A stretch of DNA of 64,000 nt. It comes from an uncultured virus (IMG/VR IMGVR_UViG_3300031669_000019). Its lineage: Duplodnaviria; Heunggongvirae; Uroviricota; Caudoviricetes. The notes under the pieces were generated by a model. It searched no databases and was not told where the DNA came from. It saw nothing but the letters and a program-made list of their open reading frames with translations. Positions 9,164-19,112 of the stretch are shown in pieces. Every line of letters starts with the position of its first letter. The stretch's first letter is position 1. A program made the translations under genes and the position numbers. The stretch lies in the IMG/VR virus record IMGVR_UViG_3300031669_000019. The stretch is one strand, 5' to 3'.

Positions 9164-11754
9164 TGAATCAAGGTTTTTTTTCCGAAGAAGAAAAAGTAAT
9201 AAAGCGTGGCGATGAAAAACTACATATAAAGCGAGTAGCAAATATAAAAACCGGCTGCTCGTCTTGTGGTTTATCAACTACTTGCAATTCACCAAAAATG
9301 GGAGTGCAGGGCGAAGGTAAAAAACAAATACTGATAATTATGGACCATATAAGCTCCGCTGATGATGAATCGGGAATATATTTATCAAGTGTATCTGGAA
9401 TTATTATTAGAAATATATTCAATAAATATCTAAATATAGACGAGGATTGCTGGATCACTTCGGCGGTACAATGCTATAGCGAAAAGAAATTAAAAGGTCT
9501 TCAATTAAAAGCTTGCGCAAATAAAATAAAAAAAATAGTTGCCGATTTACAACCAGCCGTAATAGTTACTCTAGGAAAAAATTCAATCGATGCTTTGATA
9601 CAATATAAAATGACCGGGCGTTTATCCGGGTTATCATTAACGGATTGGGCCAGGTGTACTATTCCTGATCAAGAATATAAATCATTTATTTGTCCTACTT
9701 GGGATGGCTCCTATTTATTGGCTAATCGTGGCGGAACCGATCCTGTAATATTGCGGCAGATGAAAGCACATATAAAAGAAGCCGTCAGACTGTCTACTGT
9801 TCCATTTTATATTGCACCCGGTTATTCATCCGAAGTAATAATAATTGATAATGTAAAAGACGCCCTGGAAATAGTAGAAGAATTCATTTTGTATAAAAAG
9901 CAATTTTCTTTCGATTATGAAACTACCGGAATAAAACCACATAGGGAAGGACACGAAATAGTTTGTGCTTCAATCAGCGATGGAGCTTTTGCTTGGGCAT
10001 TCCCATTTTTTAATGATGAAGAATTCCGGGATACTTGGGCCAGGTTGATGTTGTGCAGTGCCGGGAAAATAATTCATAATGCTAAATATGAATCCATTTG
10101 GACATTGATTCGCGCCGGATATAATAATACCAAAGGTGCCAGAGTCAAAAATATTATTGCCGATACAATGTTGGATGCTCATGTCATCCATAATAAAAAG
10201 AAAACCAATTTGAAATTCCATGTTTATGTAAATTTTGGAATAGCTGGATATGATGCTGCCATCGATCCTTATATGGAACCATCACAAGAAGAAAAAGATA
10301 AATATGGCGCTAATGCTTTTAATAGAATGAAGGAAGCCCCTGTAAAGGAAATGCTTTTATATAATGGTTTGGATTCTCTATTTGAATATAAATTATGGGA
10401 ATTACAAAAAGGCCGTTTGGATGAGCATACAAAAAAAGGTTCTGAATTATTGTTTTCCGCCATGCCTGAATTTGCAAGGATGGAAAATAATGGAATGCTT
10501 TTAGACGAAAAACAAGCACGAATAGAATATACCAAATTGACCAGGAAAATGTCACGGTTGGAATTTTCTATCAATGAATCGGATGAGATAAAATTATGGG
10601 ACAAGCCCAAGGCATTTCGCCCATCTGCGCCGGGAGATTTGACACATTTATTATTTGATTGCATAAAAGTCAAATATGATAAAAATAATGTAACCAAAAC
10701 AAATAAGCCCAAGGCTGATATAGAAGCGATGGAAAAATATGATAATGAAATAGTTAAATTGACTTTACAATGGCGTAAATATAAAAAAGTGCGCGATACC
10801 GATTTAAATGGTTTTCTTAAAGAATCAGTTAACGGAATAATACATACGTCAATAAATCTGAATACCGTTGACACATACCGTACTTCTTCCAATGATCCAA
10901 ACTTACAGAATATTCCGGCACGTGATCAAGAAATAATGAATTTATTAAGGAAATTAATTATAGCTAGGCCGGGGCATAAATTAGGCGAGTATGATTATAA
11001 AGCCGCCGAAGCAGTTTTGATCGCGGTATATAATGGTGATCCAAATTGGATTAAATATGTTTCTGATGTTTCTAATGATATGCACAGGGATATGGCCGCC
11101 AGATTGATAATGAGAAAAAAAGAAGATGTGCTGAAAGATGAAAGGCAAATAGCTAAAAATGGTTTTGTATTTCCAACGGTGTATACTTCCTATTGGAAAA
11201 ATACCGCTAAAAATATGTGGGACCAGTTTAGCCCGGAAACGCTAGTACATTTATATGATAAAGGTATAAATAATCTTGAAGATTATCGCTCACATGTTCA
11301 ATCAGTAGAACGCTGGTTCTGGGAAGATCAATTTCCAGTCGGCTATGAATGGATGAATAAAACATTGAAGGATTATGAGAAAAAAGGTTATATAGAATTA
11401 CTGACTGGATTCAGATGCTATGGTCCTATGACTCGGGCGCAAGTAATAAATTTCCGCGTTCAAGGGACGGCTTCAAATTGCAAATTATGGACGTTGGATA
11501 AAGTCAGTAAATTGATGACAAAAAAGAAAATGAATAGTAAAATAATACTGGAAATACACGATTCAATAATACCTGATATTGATCCTGCCGAAGAAGATTA
11601 TTTGGATTATCAAATGTGGTTGTACGGAACACAAAAAATACGTGAGCACTGGCCATGGTTAAATGTGCCCATGTTCATAGAGAAAAAAATAAGTGCCATT
11701 GGTGGCAACTGGGCAACGATGGAAAATAAAGGTTTGCTGAAAGGAGATTATTAA
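9163..11754 (+). CDS. polA: Family A DNA polymerase with N-terminal UDG-like domain and 3'-5' exonuclease
   Basis: CSSCGLSTTC UDG4-like Fe-S motif; FDYETTG and HNAKYE exonuclease; PNLQNIP, DYKAAE, RQIAK, IHDS polymerase motifs. Confidence 0.92.
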   Translation: MNQGFFSEEEKVIKRGDEKLHIKRVANIKTGCSSCGLSTTCNSPKMGVQGEGKKQILIIMDHISSADDESGIYLSSVSGIIIRNIFNKYLNIDEDCWITSAVQCYSEKKLKGLQLKACANKIKKIVADLQPAVIVTLGKNSIDALIQYKMTGRLSGLSLTDWARCTIPDQEYKSFICPTWDGSYLLANRGGTDPVILRQMKAHIKEAVRLSTVPFYIAPGYSSEVIIIDNVKDALEIVEEFILYKKQFSFDYETTGIKPHREGHEIVCASISDGAFAWAFPFFNDEEFRDTWARLMLCSAGKIIHNAKYESIWTLIRAGYNNTKGARVKNIIADTMLDAHVIHNKKKTNLKFHVYVNFGIAGYDAAIDPYMEPSQEEKDKYGANAFNRMKEAPVKEMLLYNGLDSLFEYKLWELQKGRLDEHTKKGSELLFSAMPEFARMENNGMLLDEKQARIEYTKLTRKMSRLEFSINESDEIKLWDKPKAFRPSAPGDLTHLLFDCIKVKYDKNNVTKTNKPKADIEAMEKYDNEIVKLTLQWRKYKKVRDTDLNGFLKESVNGIIHTSINLNTVDTYRTSSNDPNLQNIPARDQEIMNLLRKLIIARPGHKLGEYDYKAAEAVLIAVYNGDPNWIKYVSDVSNDMHRDMAARLIMRKKEDVLKDERQIAKNGFVFPTVYTSYWKNTAKNMWDQFSPETLVHLYDKGINNLEDYRSHVQSVERWFWEDQFPVGYEWMNKTLKDYEKKGYIELLTGFRCYGPMTRAQVINFRVQGTASNCKLWTLDKVSKLMTKKKMNSKIILEIHDSIIPDIDPAEEDYLDYQMWLYGTQKIREHWPWLNVPMFIEKKISAIGGNWATMENKGLLKGDY

Positions 11755-12021
11755 ATGGTTCACTTATACCGCAATGCAAAGATTATGAATGGTGCGACCA
11801 GATGCGGCCCATTAAAAGTAGATATAGCAAAAGAAGCTATTAAAAAAGAAATTATAAAAACAATATCTAATAATACTCACGGAAAATATAAGATATATAA
11901 AATAACAAAAGTAGAAATAAATGATGAATGGGTTGAAGGCTTTGGGCCTGTTAAATATATTAAAATGCAAATGTCTTATTGCGATATGCGTTTATCAGCG
12001 CTAAGAATTAAGTGGTTATAA
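11755..12021 (+). CDS. hypothetical protein
   Basis: Abuts the polymerase stop; AAGGAG RBS. Confidence 0.55.
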   Translation: MVHLYRNAKIMNGATRCGPLKVDIAKEAIKKEIIKTISNNTHGKYKIYKITKVEINDEWVEGFGPVKYIKMQMSYCDMRLSALRIKWL

Positions 12022-12035
12022 AAAGGAGATTATGA

Positions 12036-12284
12036 ATGAAGAATATTTATATCGGGAAAGAGGAAGGTAATAAAGTATTAGGCGTTATTCTCGCGGATTC
12101 AGAAAAAACGGCTTGGGTATATTTTACGGCTCATTATAAAACTGTTTCAAATGTAGAAGAAATGATTATAGAAGATATTGATGAATCATTGCCATTTATA
12201 ACTATTATTGAAACTATTTCTTGCCAAACAATTAATTTAGATTATCATACTGAGCCTATTGTAAGAATTATACTAGATAGATAA
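12036..12284 (+). CDS. hypothetical protein
   Basis: AAGGAG RBS; in operon. Confidence 0.6.
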   Translation: MKNIYIGKEEGNKVLGVILADSEKTAWVYFTAHYKTVSNVEEMIIEDIDESLPFITIIETISCQTINLDYHTEPIVRIILDR

Positions 12285-12293
12285 GGAGAAAAT

Positions 12294-12689
12294 ATGCTGA
12301 ATGAATTAAGAGACTCAATTCATAAAAATGCTTTGGAACATGGTTTTTATGAAACTAATCCGGCTATTGATCCTTTGGTTGTGGATAAATTATTGCTGAT
12401 TCATTCTGAAATCGGCGAAGCCACCGAAGCGTACAGAAATTCTCATTTTGCCAATATAAAAGACTATAATAAAACTTTAAAAGTAGCGGAAAAATTTGGC
12501 GCACCTGATATAACAAAAAAATTATTGTTTGAATCAGAAATAAAAGATTCTTTTGAGGATGAATTGGTGGATGCCATCATTAGATTGCTCGATTTATGCG
12601 GATATATGGAAATTGATGTTGATAAACATTTGGAATTAAAACACAATTATAACAAGGATCGTGAATATAAACACGGAAAAGCCTTTTGA
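12294..12689 (+). CDS. MazG-like nucleotide pyrophosphohydrolase
   Basis: LIHSEIGEATEA...EDELVDAIIRLLD...YKHGK. Confidence 0.85.
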   Translation: MLNELRDSIHKNALEHGFYETNPAIDPLVVDKLLLIHSEIGEATEAYRNSHFANIKDYNKTLKVAEKFGAPDITKKLLFESEIKDSFEDELVDAIIRLLDLCGYMEIDVDKHLELKHNYNKDREYKHGKAF

Positions 12690-12704
12690 CAATCTATAAT
12701 ATAT

Positions 12705-12920
12705 ATGAAGGGAAAACGTATGTTTTATTTCGTATTATTATCCATCAATTTTTCTTTTCAATTTAGATTATTTGGTTTTGGTTTATTTTCAATACAAATA
12801 CCAAATAAATTTACTACTATATATTTATTATCTATTGGTTGTTATGATGATGTTTTTGAATGGGATTTGTTTTTTATACATGGTATTATTAAAAATATTG
12901 TTCATAAGGGAGAATATTGA
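12705..12920 (+). CDS. hypothetical hydrophobic protein
   Basis: Starts at the end of the 12693 promoter motif (possibly leaderless); abuts next gene. Confidence 0.4.
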   Translation: MKGKRMFYFVLLSINFSFQFRLFGFGLFSIQIPNKFTTIYLLSIGCYDDVFEWDLFFIHGIIKNIVHKGEY

Positions 12921-13853
12921 ATGGCAACATTATATACTACGTATAGGCCCGATTCATTTGAGGATATTATTGGCAACGAAGCGGCAGTCAATTCTTTGCA
13001 AAAAGCATTGAAAAGAAAAAACCATTCACACGTTTATTTACTATCCGGTCCAGCCGGAACGGGAAAAACCACTTTAGCTCGAATTATGGCAAAAGAATTA
13101 GGCGCTAGTGAAGTTGATATTAGAGAAATAAATACTTCATCTAATCGCGGAATCGATACGGCTAGAGAAATTATTCAGCAAATTAGAATGATGCCGATGG
13201 ATGGTGATTCGATAGTTTATATTTTAGACGAGTGTCATAAATTTACTAACGATATGCAGAACGCTTTATTAAAGCCTTTAGAGGATACGCCAGATCATGT
13301 TTACTTCTTTTTATGCACGACCGATCCTAGTAAACTTATTAAAGCGATTCGCTCGCGCTGTTCCGAAATAAAAACCAGTCCTTTGACTATAGAACATATT
13401 TATTCTATATTAAAGCGTATAGTCAAATTAGAAGAAATTGCCATTAAAAAAGAAACATTGACATTGATAGCGGAAAATGCTGAAGGAATTCCACGCAGCG
13501 CTTTGGTAATGCTAGAACAAATAATCGACGCAGAAAACGATGTAGAAATAAAAAAAATATTAGCGTCAAAGGGGAATGAAGATGATGTAGAAATAATAGA
13601 ATTAGCTCGGCTATTGTTAAGAGATTCTGGCAACTGGGGTGATATAGCAAAATTACTTAAAAAATTGAAAGACAACGGAAAATTGGATGATGCCGAAACA
13701 GTCCGATATATTGTCATGGGTTATATGTCAGTTGTATTGCTATCGGGTAAATTGAATAAACGTGCTGCCACAGTACTGGAAGCATTCGCCGAACCCACAT
13801 ATAATACCGGAAAAAATGGGATAATTTTAGCTTGCTTGAATGTAATTTTGTGA
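12921..13853 (+). CDS. dnaX: Clamp loader (Pol III gamma/tau-like AAA+)
   Basis: YRPDSFEDIIG, GPAGTGKTT, ILDECH, NALLKPLE, IRSRC. Confidence 0.92.
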   Translation: MATLYTTYRPDSFEDIIGNEAAVNSLQKALKRKNHSHVYLLSGPAGTGKTTLARIMAKELGASEVDIREINTSSNRGIDTAREIIQQIRMMPMDGDSIVYILDECHKFTNDMQNALLKPLEDTPDHVYFFLCTTDPSKLIKAIRSRCSEIKTSPLTIEHIYSILKRIVKLEEIAIKKETLTLIAENAEGIPRSALVMLEQIIDAENDVEIKKILASKGNEDDVEIIELARLLLRDSGNWGDIAKLLKKLKDNGKLDDAETVRYIVMGYMSVVLLSGKLNKRAATVLEAFAEPTYNTGKNGIILACLNVIL

Positions 13854-13929
13854 TTTAATTTCTATAATATATATATGTAAGAGAAAAGACAATCATAGAT
13901 TGCCTATAATTTTAAGGAGGAAAAATAGT

Positions 13930-14415
13930 ATGACTTGTAGACAGATTGCAGAAGCCCAGGGCGCTGATTATAACTTCGTCCGTCAGGCCGTAAAGGATGC
14001 TGGATTTACACTCAAGCCGGGGCGTAATCCAAGGGATTTCACCGTCAAGGACACGGCCAAAATCGTAAAGATGCTTGCCGTCGTGATCAAGGCTGCCGCG
14101 AAGGCCAAGGCCGAAAAGAAGGTCGATGTAGAACCCGTCAAGGCCCCGGCCAAGAAGCCCACCTCCAAGGTAGTGGAAAAAACTCCGGCCAAGAAGGCAG
14201 AAAAGAAGGAAGAAAAACAGCCTGCAAAGAAGGCTGTCCCGGCCAAAAAGCCCGCGAAGGCTCCGGCCAAGAAAGTTGTGAAGAAGCCAGAACCGGCTGA
14301 TGACGACGAAGACGACGAGCTGGTCAACACCACGCCACAGGACGATGATGACGATGATGAAGACGACCTGGATGACCTGGACGATGATGACGAAGAGGAT
14401 GATGACGAAGAGTAA
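13930..14415 (+). CDS. Histone H1-like PAKK-repeat protein with acidic C-tail
   Basis: AGGAGG RBS before ATG 13930; PAKK repeats; D/E tail. Confidence 0.7.
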   Translation: MTCRQIAEAQGADYNFVRQAVKDAGFTLKPGRNPRDFTVKDTAKIVKMLAVVIKAAAKAKAEKKVDVEPVKAPAKKPTSKVVEKTPAKKAEKKEEKQPAKKAVPAKKPAKAPAKKVVKKPEPADDDEDDELVNTTPQDDDDDDEDDLDDLDDDDEEDDDEE

Positions 14416-14425
14416 AAAACTCTTC

Positions 14426-14466
14426 CGTGGGCTGCCGTTGAAATATATTGGCGGCTCACGCTTTTT
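14426..14466 (+). terminator. Rho-independent terminator-like hairpin
   Basis: CGTGGGCTGCCG / TGGCGGCTCACG followed by CTTTTT. Confidence 0.6.
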
Positions 14467-14470
14467 ATTT

Positions 14471-14543
14471 GCGTCTATAGCTCATTTGGTAGAGCAACTG
14501 GCTTTTAACCAGTGGGTGGTGGGTTCGATCCCCGCTAGACACA
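14471..14543 (+). tRNA. tRNA-Lys(UUU)
   Basis: Cloverleaf; anticodon arm ACTGG-CTTTTAA-CCAGT; TTCGATC T-loop; one acceptor mismatch; no encoded CCA. Confidence 0.85.
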
Positions 14544-14641
14544 ACACATATAAATATGGCAAGGGTATATGGTGCCGTCGGCATGATAGTATTTATGTGT
14601 TAATTTTTTGAAGACCTATTGCCCATCAATAGGCGCTATGG

Positions 14642-14723
14642 GGGGGATTGGCGTAATTGGCAGCCGCATCTGACTTAAGATCAGATACCGCATGGTGTAT
14701 GGGTTCAAATCCCATATCCCCCA
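14642..14723 (+). tRNA. tRNA-Leu(UAA)
   Basis: GGGGGAT/ATCCCCC acceptor stem; TCTGA-CTTAAGA-TCAGA anticodon arm; long variable arm; TTCAAAT T-loop. Confidence 0.9.
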
Positions 14724-14760
14724 AATTTGAGTTGATAAAACTATTACAAGGAGAGTAAAA

Positions 14761-15270
14761 GTGGAAAAAGAATTTGAAAGGGATTATCATCAGGACGTAA
14801 AAATAAATAAATTCAAATTGCCGGATGAGTGCGAACAGCACGCATCCATTTATCTTTATTGGGCAGAACATTTAGCCAATGCAAAATCAGACTTGAACGA
14901 TGCCAAAAAACGAGCTGATTTTATAGCGTCAGAAACTGGTTTATCTATCAGAACACATTGGCAAGATGATGATGGTAAATTGACCAATGATGCCGTAAAT
15001 GCCAAAGTTGACAATAATGAGAAAGTAATAAATTCCAGGGATAAACTACAAACATTGGAACGCAGAATAAATATTTTAAGTGCAGTGGTTTCCGCAATGG
15101 ATCATCGCAAGAGCGAATTGAATAATTTGACATCATTAGTACTCGGTGGATTTTATGCTACCCCACATGGCAGTAATAGTGGCAAGCATGAAGGCGTCAC
15201 CGAGTCAGCCGAACGGGGAATAAGAAATAAATTGAACAAAAAAGGAAAGGCAAATGACGACGAAGAATAA
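14761..15270 (+). CDS. Helical protein, probable UvsY-like recombination mediator
   Basis: Coiled-coil pattern; lies upstream of SSB and RecA. Confidence 0.5.
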   Translation: MEKEFERDYHQDVKINKFKLPDECEQHASIYLYWAEHLANAKSDLNDAKKRADFIASETGLSIRTHWQDDDGKLTNDAVNAKVDNNEKVINSRDKLQTLERRINILSAVVSAMDHRKSELNNLTSLVLGGFYATPHGSNSGKHEGVTESAERGIRNKLNKKGKANDDEE

Positions 15271-15448
15271 AATAAACATAACTGAAGTTCATTTTACCAG
15301 AAAATTCAATTTAGGAAATTATGAAACAATGGATATTGGTTATGTCGCTACAGTAGCACCAGACCAAAATCCAACCGAAGTCATAAAGGCGTTGGATTTA
15401 GCTACAATTGCATATCGAAAAGAAAGAAAAGCAGGAGACAAAGCATGA
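15254..15448 (+). CDS. hypothetical protein
   Basis: Overlaps neighbours; RKFNLGNYE motif. Confidence 0.6.
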   Translation: MTTKNKINITEVHFTRKFNLGNYETMDIGYVATVAPDQNPTEVIKALDLATIAYRKERKAGDKA

Positions 15449-16671
15449 AGAAGAGTAAACATGGATCCAATTCTTTAAAGGAACGAATGGAGCGCAGCCA
15501 TAATACACGCGAGCGCGGAGGTAATACGCACCCACAAGCATTTAATTGGCGAAAGGCAAAAAATGTTAAATTTTATACTTTAAAGGAAGGAAAAAATTTA
15601 ATTAGTGTTGTCCCTTATATAGTAAAAACAAAAAATGATCCTTTAGTGCATTCTGGTGATGCTGAAATAGGCGATCAGTCCTATATGTTTGACATTTATC
15701 TTCACACGTACGTTGGCCCAATGCACGCGGAAATTATTTGCCCAAAATCAAATTATGGCAAGCCCTGCCCTATATGTCAAAAAGCACAAGAGTTTAAAGA
15801 TAAAGGGAAAACGGACGAGGCTTCTGATTATTGGCCATCACGTTGGTGTTATTATAATATTATAGATGAAAAAGAACCTAAAAAGGGTCTTCAGGTTTTA
15901 GGTATAAAATTTAATAAATTTGAAAAACCTTTAATTAGTGCTTCTTACGGCGATGTAGATGAAGATGACGACGATGAAGAAAAAAGCAATAATGGTGATC
16001 ATATTGATTTCGTAGATATAGACGATGGGAAAGCAATCTATTTCCGTGGTGAAGAAGTAACAAAACTTATTAAAGGAAAAACTTCAACTTATCTTGAATT
16101 TGTTTCTTTTAAATTTAAAGAACGCACAGAACCCCTTGATCCAGATTTAATTAATGATGCAGTTTCTTTTGATGAATTAGCAAAAATTCAATCCGCCGAC
16201 GAAATAGAAAAATTATTGTATGGTGAAGATGGCGGGGATGAAGACTCTACCGATGAAGAAGAGGCCCCAGAAGATTCTGACGATGATGACGACGACGAGG
16301 ACGATGAGAAGCCGGAAAAGAAAACTGCAGCAAAAAAGGCTCCTGCTAAAAAAACGGCTAAAGATGACGATGAAGACGACGATGAAGACGATGATGATGA
16401 AGATTCTGAAGACGGTGATGAAGACGACGAGGAAGATGAGGATACTAACGATGATGACGACGACGAGGACGATGAGAAGCCGGAAAAGAAAACTGCAGCA
16501 AAAAAGGCTCCTGCAAAGGAAACCAAGAAAGCTCCAGTAAAAATAGGCAAAGCCGTTTGCCCGCATAAGCATAAATTTGGTATTGATACGGACAAGAAAG
16601 ACGAGTGTGAGGATTGTGACTCCTGGGCAGATTGTACTAAAGAAAAAACCCGTCTAAAGAAAGCTAAGTAA
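15445..16671 (+). CDS. T4 gp32-like ssDNA-binding protein with long acidic/basic tail
   Basis: H...CPKSNYGKPCPIC zinc site; D/E-rich tail; position before RecA. Confidence 0.75.
   Translation: MKKSKHGSNSLKERMERSHNTRERGGNTHPQAFNWRKAKNVKFYTLKEGKNLISVVPYIVKTKNDPLVHSGDAEIGDQSYMFDIYLHTYVGPMHAEIICPKSNYGKPCPICQKAQEFKDKGKTDEASDYWPSRWCYYNIIDEKEPKKGLQVLGIKFNKFEKPLISASYGDVDEDDDDEEKSNNGDHIDFVDIDDGKAIYFRGEEVTKLIKGKTSTYLEFVSFKFKERTEPLDPDLINDAVSFDELAKIQSADEIEKLLYGEDGGDEDSTDEEEAPEDSDDDDDDEDDEKPEKKTAAKKAPAKKTAKDDDEDDDEDDDDEDSEDGDEDDEEDEDTNDDDDDEDDEKPEKKTAAKKAPAKETKKAPVKIGKAVCPHKHKFGIDTDKKDECEDCDSWADCTKEKTRLKKAK
16280..16514 (+). repeat. 67-bp perfect direct repeat in the SSB tail (16280-16346 and 16448-16514)
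   Basis: Encodes DDDDDDEDDEKPEKKTAAKKAPA twice. Confidence 0.9.
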
Positions 16672-16679
16672 AAACTAAA

Positions 16680-16713
16680 GCGGCATAAGTAGAAATATTT
16701 ATGCCGCTATTTT
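16680..16713 (+). terminator. Rho-independent terminator
   Basis: GCGGCATAA / TTATGCCGC followed by TATTTT. Confidence 0.6.
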
Positions 16714-16755
16714 AAATTGTAAATAAGAACTTGTGAAATATATAAAGGAAACCGA

Positions 16756-18021
16756 ATGAAAAAAATATCTGATGAAAAATTGGATAGTATAGAAAAAGAA
16801 ATACTGACAAAAAAGAAACCAAAGAAAAATACTATTTGTTTTCCAACAGGCTCTGATTTATTAGATACGCTCGTTGGTGGTGGTGAAAGTTTAGGATATC
16901 CTGCCGGGCGCATAATAAATTTTGTTGGTGATAAATCTTCTGGAAAAACGTTTTTGGCTTGCGAAGTAATAGCTGCTGCCTATTATAAATTCAAAAATAA
17001 ATTAAAATGGGTTTATGATGATTCTGAATCGGGATTTTCTTTCGATACCAAAAAACTATATGGCGTAGAAATAATGCCTATAAATCGCAAGGATAGAATA
17101 AAATCGCCCACGGTTGAAGATGCTTATTGTAACGTAAGAAAGTTTTTTGAAGATTTACCTGACGATGAATTCGGAATTTATTGTATAGATTCGCTCGATG
17201 CTCTAAAAGATAAAGAAGGTAAAAAGATTGCTGATGAGCATTATAAAAAATTTAATGCACGAAGCACGGCGGCACAATTAAAAGAGGAAAAAGAAAAAGG
17301 CTCATACCGAATGGGCAAGCCTAAATATTTATCTGAAGAATTTTTCCCAAATTTGGCAGATTTAATAGAGCGCAAAAATGGTTTATTGATTATAGTTTCC
17401 CAGGTTCGCTGTAATATAGACCCGTTTAGTTTTGAGAAATATACGCGAGCTGGCGGAAAAGCTATGGATTTTTACGCTCATACGGTTCTATGGCTTGCTA
17501 ATATAAATAAAATAAAGCGCAAGGATCGCGCCGTTGGCGTTACGATAAAGGCTAAAAATAATAAATCTAAAACGCCTAGACCATACCGGGAAATGTTTTT
17601 GGTTATATTATTCGATTATGGTATAGATAATATTACTACAAATATAGATTTTCTTTTTGACTTTAGGACCAATACAGGCTTAGTAGAAAAAAATGCTACA
17701 GCGAGTTGGAATACTTCTAACGAATATACTATGGCACAATTGAAACAATTTTTAATTGATAATAATAAAGAAAACTATTATAGAAAAAATATAAATACCA
17801 AATTGAAGCATGAAGAGTTAATGAATTGGTTCAAACAGGAAGGGAACGAAAAATTATTTGCCAAACTAGAAAAAACATATTCAGAAAAAATGTCTCGCAA
17901 TGATTTGATAAATTACATTGAAAAAAATAATTTACAAAAAGAATTAGCGGAAAGGGCAGTAGAAAAATGGGAACAGATAGAAGCAAGCATACGGACAAAT
18001 CGTCCACCGAAGTATCAATAA
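16756..18021 (+). CDS. recA: RecA/UvsX-like recombinase
   Basis: PTGS..LD..GG, GDKSSGKT, CIDSL, SQVR, GGKAMDFYA. Confidence 0.92.
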   Translation: MKKISDEKLDSIEKEILTKKKPKKNTICFPTGSDLLDTLVGGGESLGYPAGRIINFVGDKSSGKTFLACEVIAAAYYKFKNKLKWVYDDSESGFSFDTKKLYGVEIMPINRKDRIKSPTVEDAYCNVRKFFEDLPDDEFGIYCIDSLDALKDKEGKKIADEHYKKFNARSTAAQLKEEKEKGSYRMGKPKYLSEEFFPNLADLIERKNGLLIIVSQVRCNIDPFSFEKYTRAGGKAMDFYAHTVLWLANINKIKRKDRAVGVTIKAKNNKSKTPRPYREMFLVILFDYGIDNITTNIDFLFDFRTNTGLVEKNATASWNTSNEYTMAQLKQFLIDNNKENYYRKNINTKLKHEELMNWFKQEGNEKLFAKLEKTYSEKMSRNDLINYIEKNNLQKELAERAVEKWEQIEASIRTNRPPKYQ

Positions 18022-18228
18022 AATTAAAGGAACAATTTCATATAACCAATGATGATGCTTACTATGTATGGACCAGTTATCAAGCCAGAAAAATGTCGAA
18101 TTTAAGTCCTAGCCAAGCTATAGATTCCTTGTTGAAAAATCTTGATCATAATGAAGATCATATAATACATTATTTTGCAGCTTTAGGCTTGGAATTGGTT
18201 AATGCGGAAATATTAAAAGGATTAAAAA

Positions 18229-18738
18229 ATGTCCACGAAATTCATTAATTTAACCGATAAAGAACGCGAATTGATAATAACTCAATTAAAATTAACTGGC
18301 AATACTTTGATATCAACAAATAGAACTAAAAAAGCTTTATTGAAAAAATTAGAAAAAGCTGATAAAAGAATTACAACGCAATCTGCCAAAGCGAAAGGGC
18401 GTGGCTTGCAAATGTGGGTATGTAATAAAATATCTGCGTTGATAAATATTCCTTTTGACAACCAGGACGATCAATGTTTGATTCATTGCCGCGAAATGGG
18501 GCAATCTGGAACCGATGTAATATTACGAAGAAAAGCTATAAAATTATTTCCTTATTCCATCGAGTGTAAAAATTCCGAATCATTTAATTTATATAGTACG
18601 ATAACACAAGTGGAAGCAAATCAGGCTGAAGGAACAAATTGGCTAATTGTGCATAAGCGAAAAACTATCAAAAAACCGATAGTGATAATGACTTGGGAAG
18701 CCTTTGAAAAAATATTTAGAAAAACGTTAAAATCATAA
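18229..18738 (+). CDS. PD-(D/E)xK nuclease, Holliday-junction resolvase-like
   Basis: SAKAKGR, GTDV, SIECKN. Confidence 0.7.
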   Translation: MSTKFINLTDKERELIITQLKLTGNTLISTNRTKKALLKKLEKADKRITTQSAKAKGRGLQMWVCNKISALINIPFDNQDDQCLIHCREMGQSGTDVILRRKAIKLFPYSIECKNSESFNLYSTITQVEANQAEGTNWLIVHKRKTIKKPIVIMTWEAFEKIFRKTLKS

Positions 18739-18761
18739 ATAAAAGTCTATAATATATATGT

Positions 18762-19030
18762 AAGGGAACGATACAGTGGAAAGCGGCCCGAAACGCCGTC
18801 ACGTACTATTCCCCGCGAATCGGGACTGGCCATTATAGCGTATCCTATCATTACGCTATATAAACGTTCCCGCCCTATTTACCGCCCGCGTGGCACTAAA
18901 AAATAGGAGCAAGCCAATGACTTGGGGTTAGGTACTTTATAATAATATCGACGGCAGATAGGAGCCGTCAACTTTGTACGATTTTTTTGTGGTGGTGGCC
19001 AATAGGATTGCTTGTGCCTATCCGGCCACC
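18762..19030 (+). ncRNA. Unidentified structured RNA(s) downstream of promoter 18746
   Basis: GGGAACG/CGTTCCC, TATAGCGTA/TACGCTATA, GACGGC/GCCGTC and GGTGGCC/GGCCACC stems; no ORF. Confidence 0.45.
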
Positions 19031-19039
19031 GATTTATTC

Positions 19040-19112
19040 GGGCAAATAGCTCATATGGCAGAGCAGCAGATTGTTAATCTGCCGGTCAAAGGTTCGATTC
19101 CTTTTTTGCCCT
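19040..19112 (+). tRNA. tRNA-Asn(GUU)
   Basis: GGGCAAA/TTTGCCC acceptor stem; GCAGA-TTGTTAA-TCTGC; AAAGG-TTCGATT-CCTTT. Confidence 0.85.

Noticed and set aside
6031..10892. Long antisense ORFs 6031-6747 and 10269-10892
   Set aside because: They lie opposite well-supported MTase and polymerase genes and show no motifs.
15895..15912. Partial gapped self-match of unit c (GT.TT.GG.AT.AA.TT) in the SSB gene
   Set aside because: Only 6 of 11 dinucleotides match, which is plausible by chance in AT-rich DNA given the many windows considered.
13983..16595. Poly-Ser and Met/Thr-rich antisense or alternate-frame ORFs
   Set aside because: They are shadows of GAY/GAR-rich acidic tracts.
18763..18812. 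Second hammerhead (GAAACG...CGTA)
   Set aside because: The CUGANGA core is absent.
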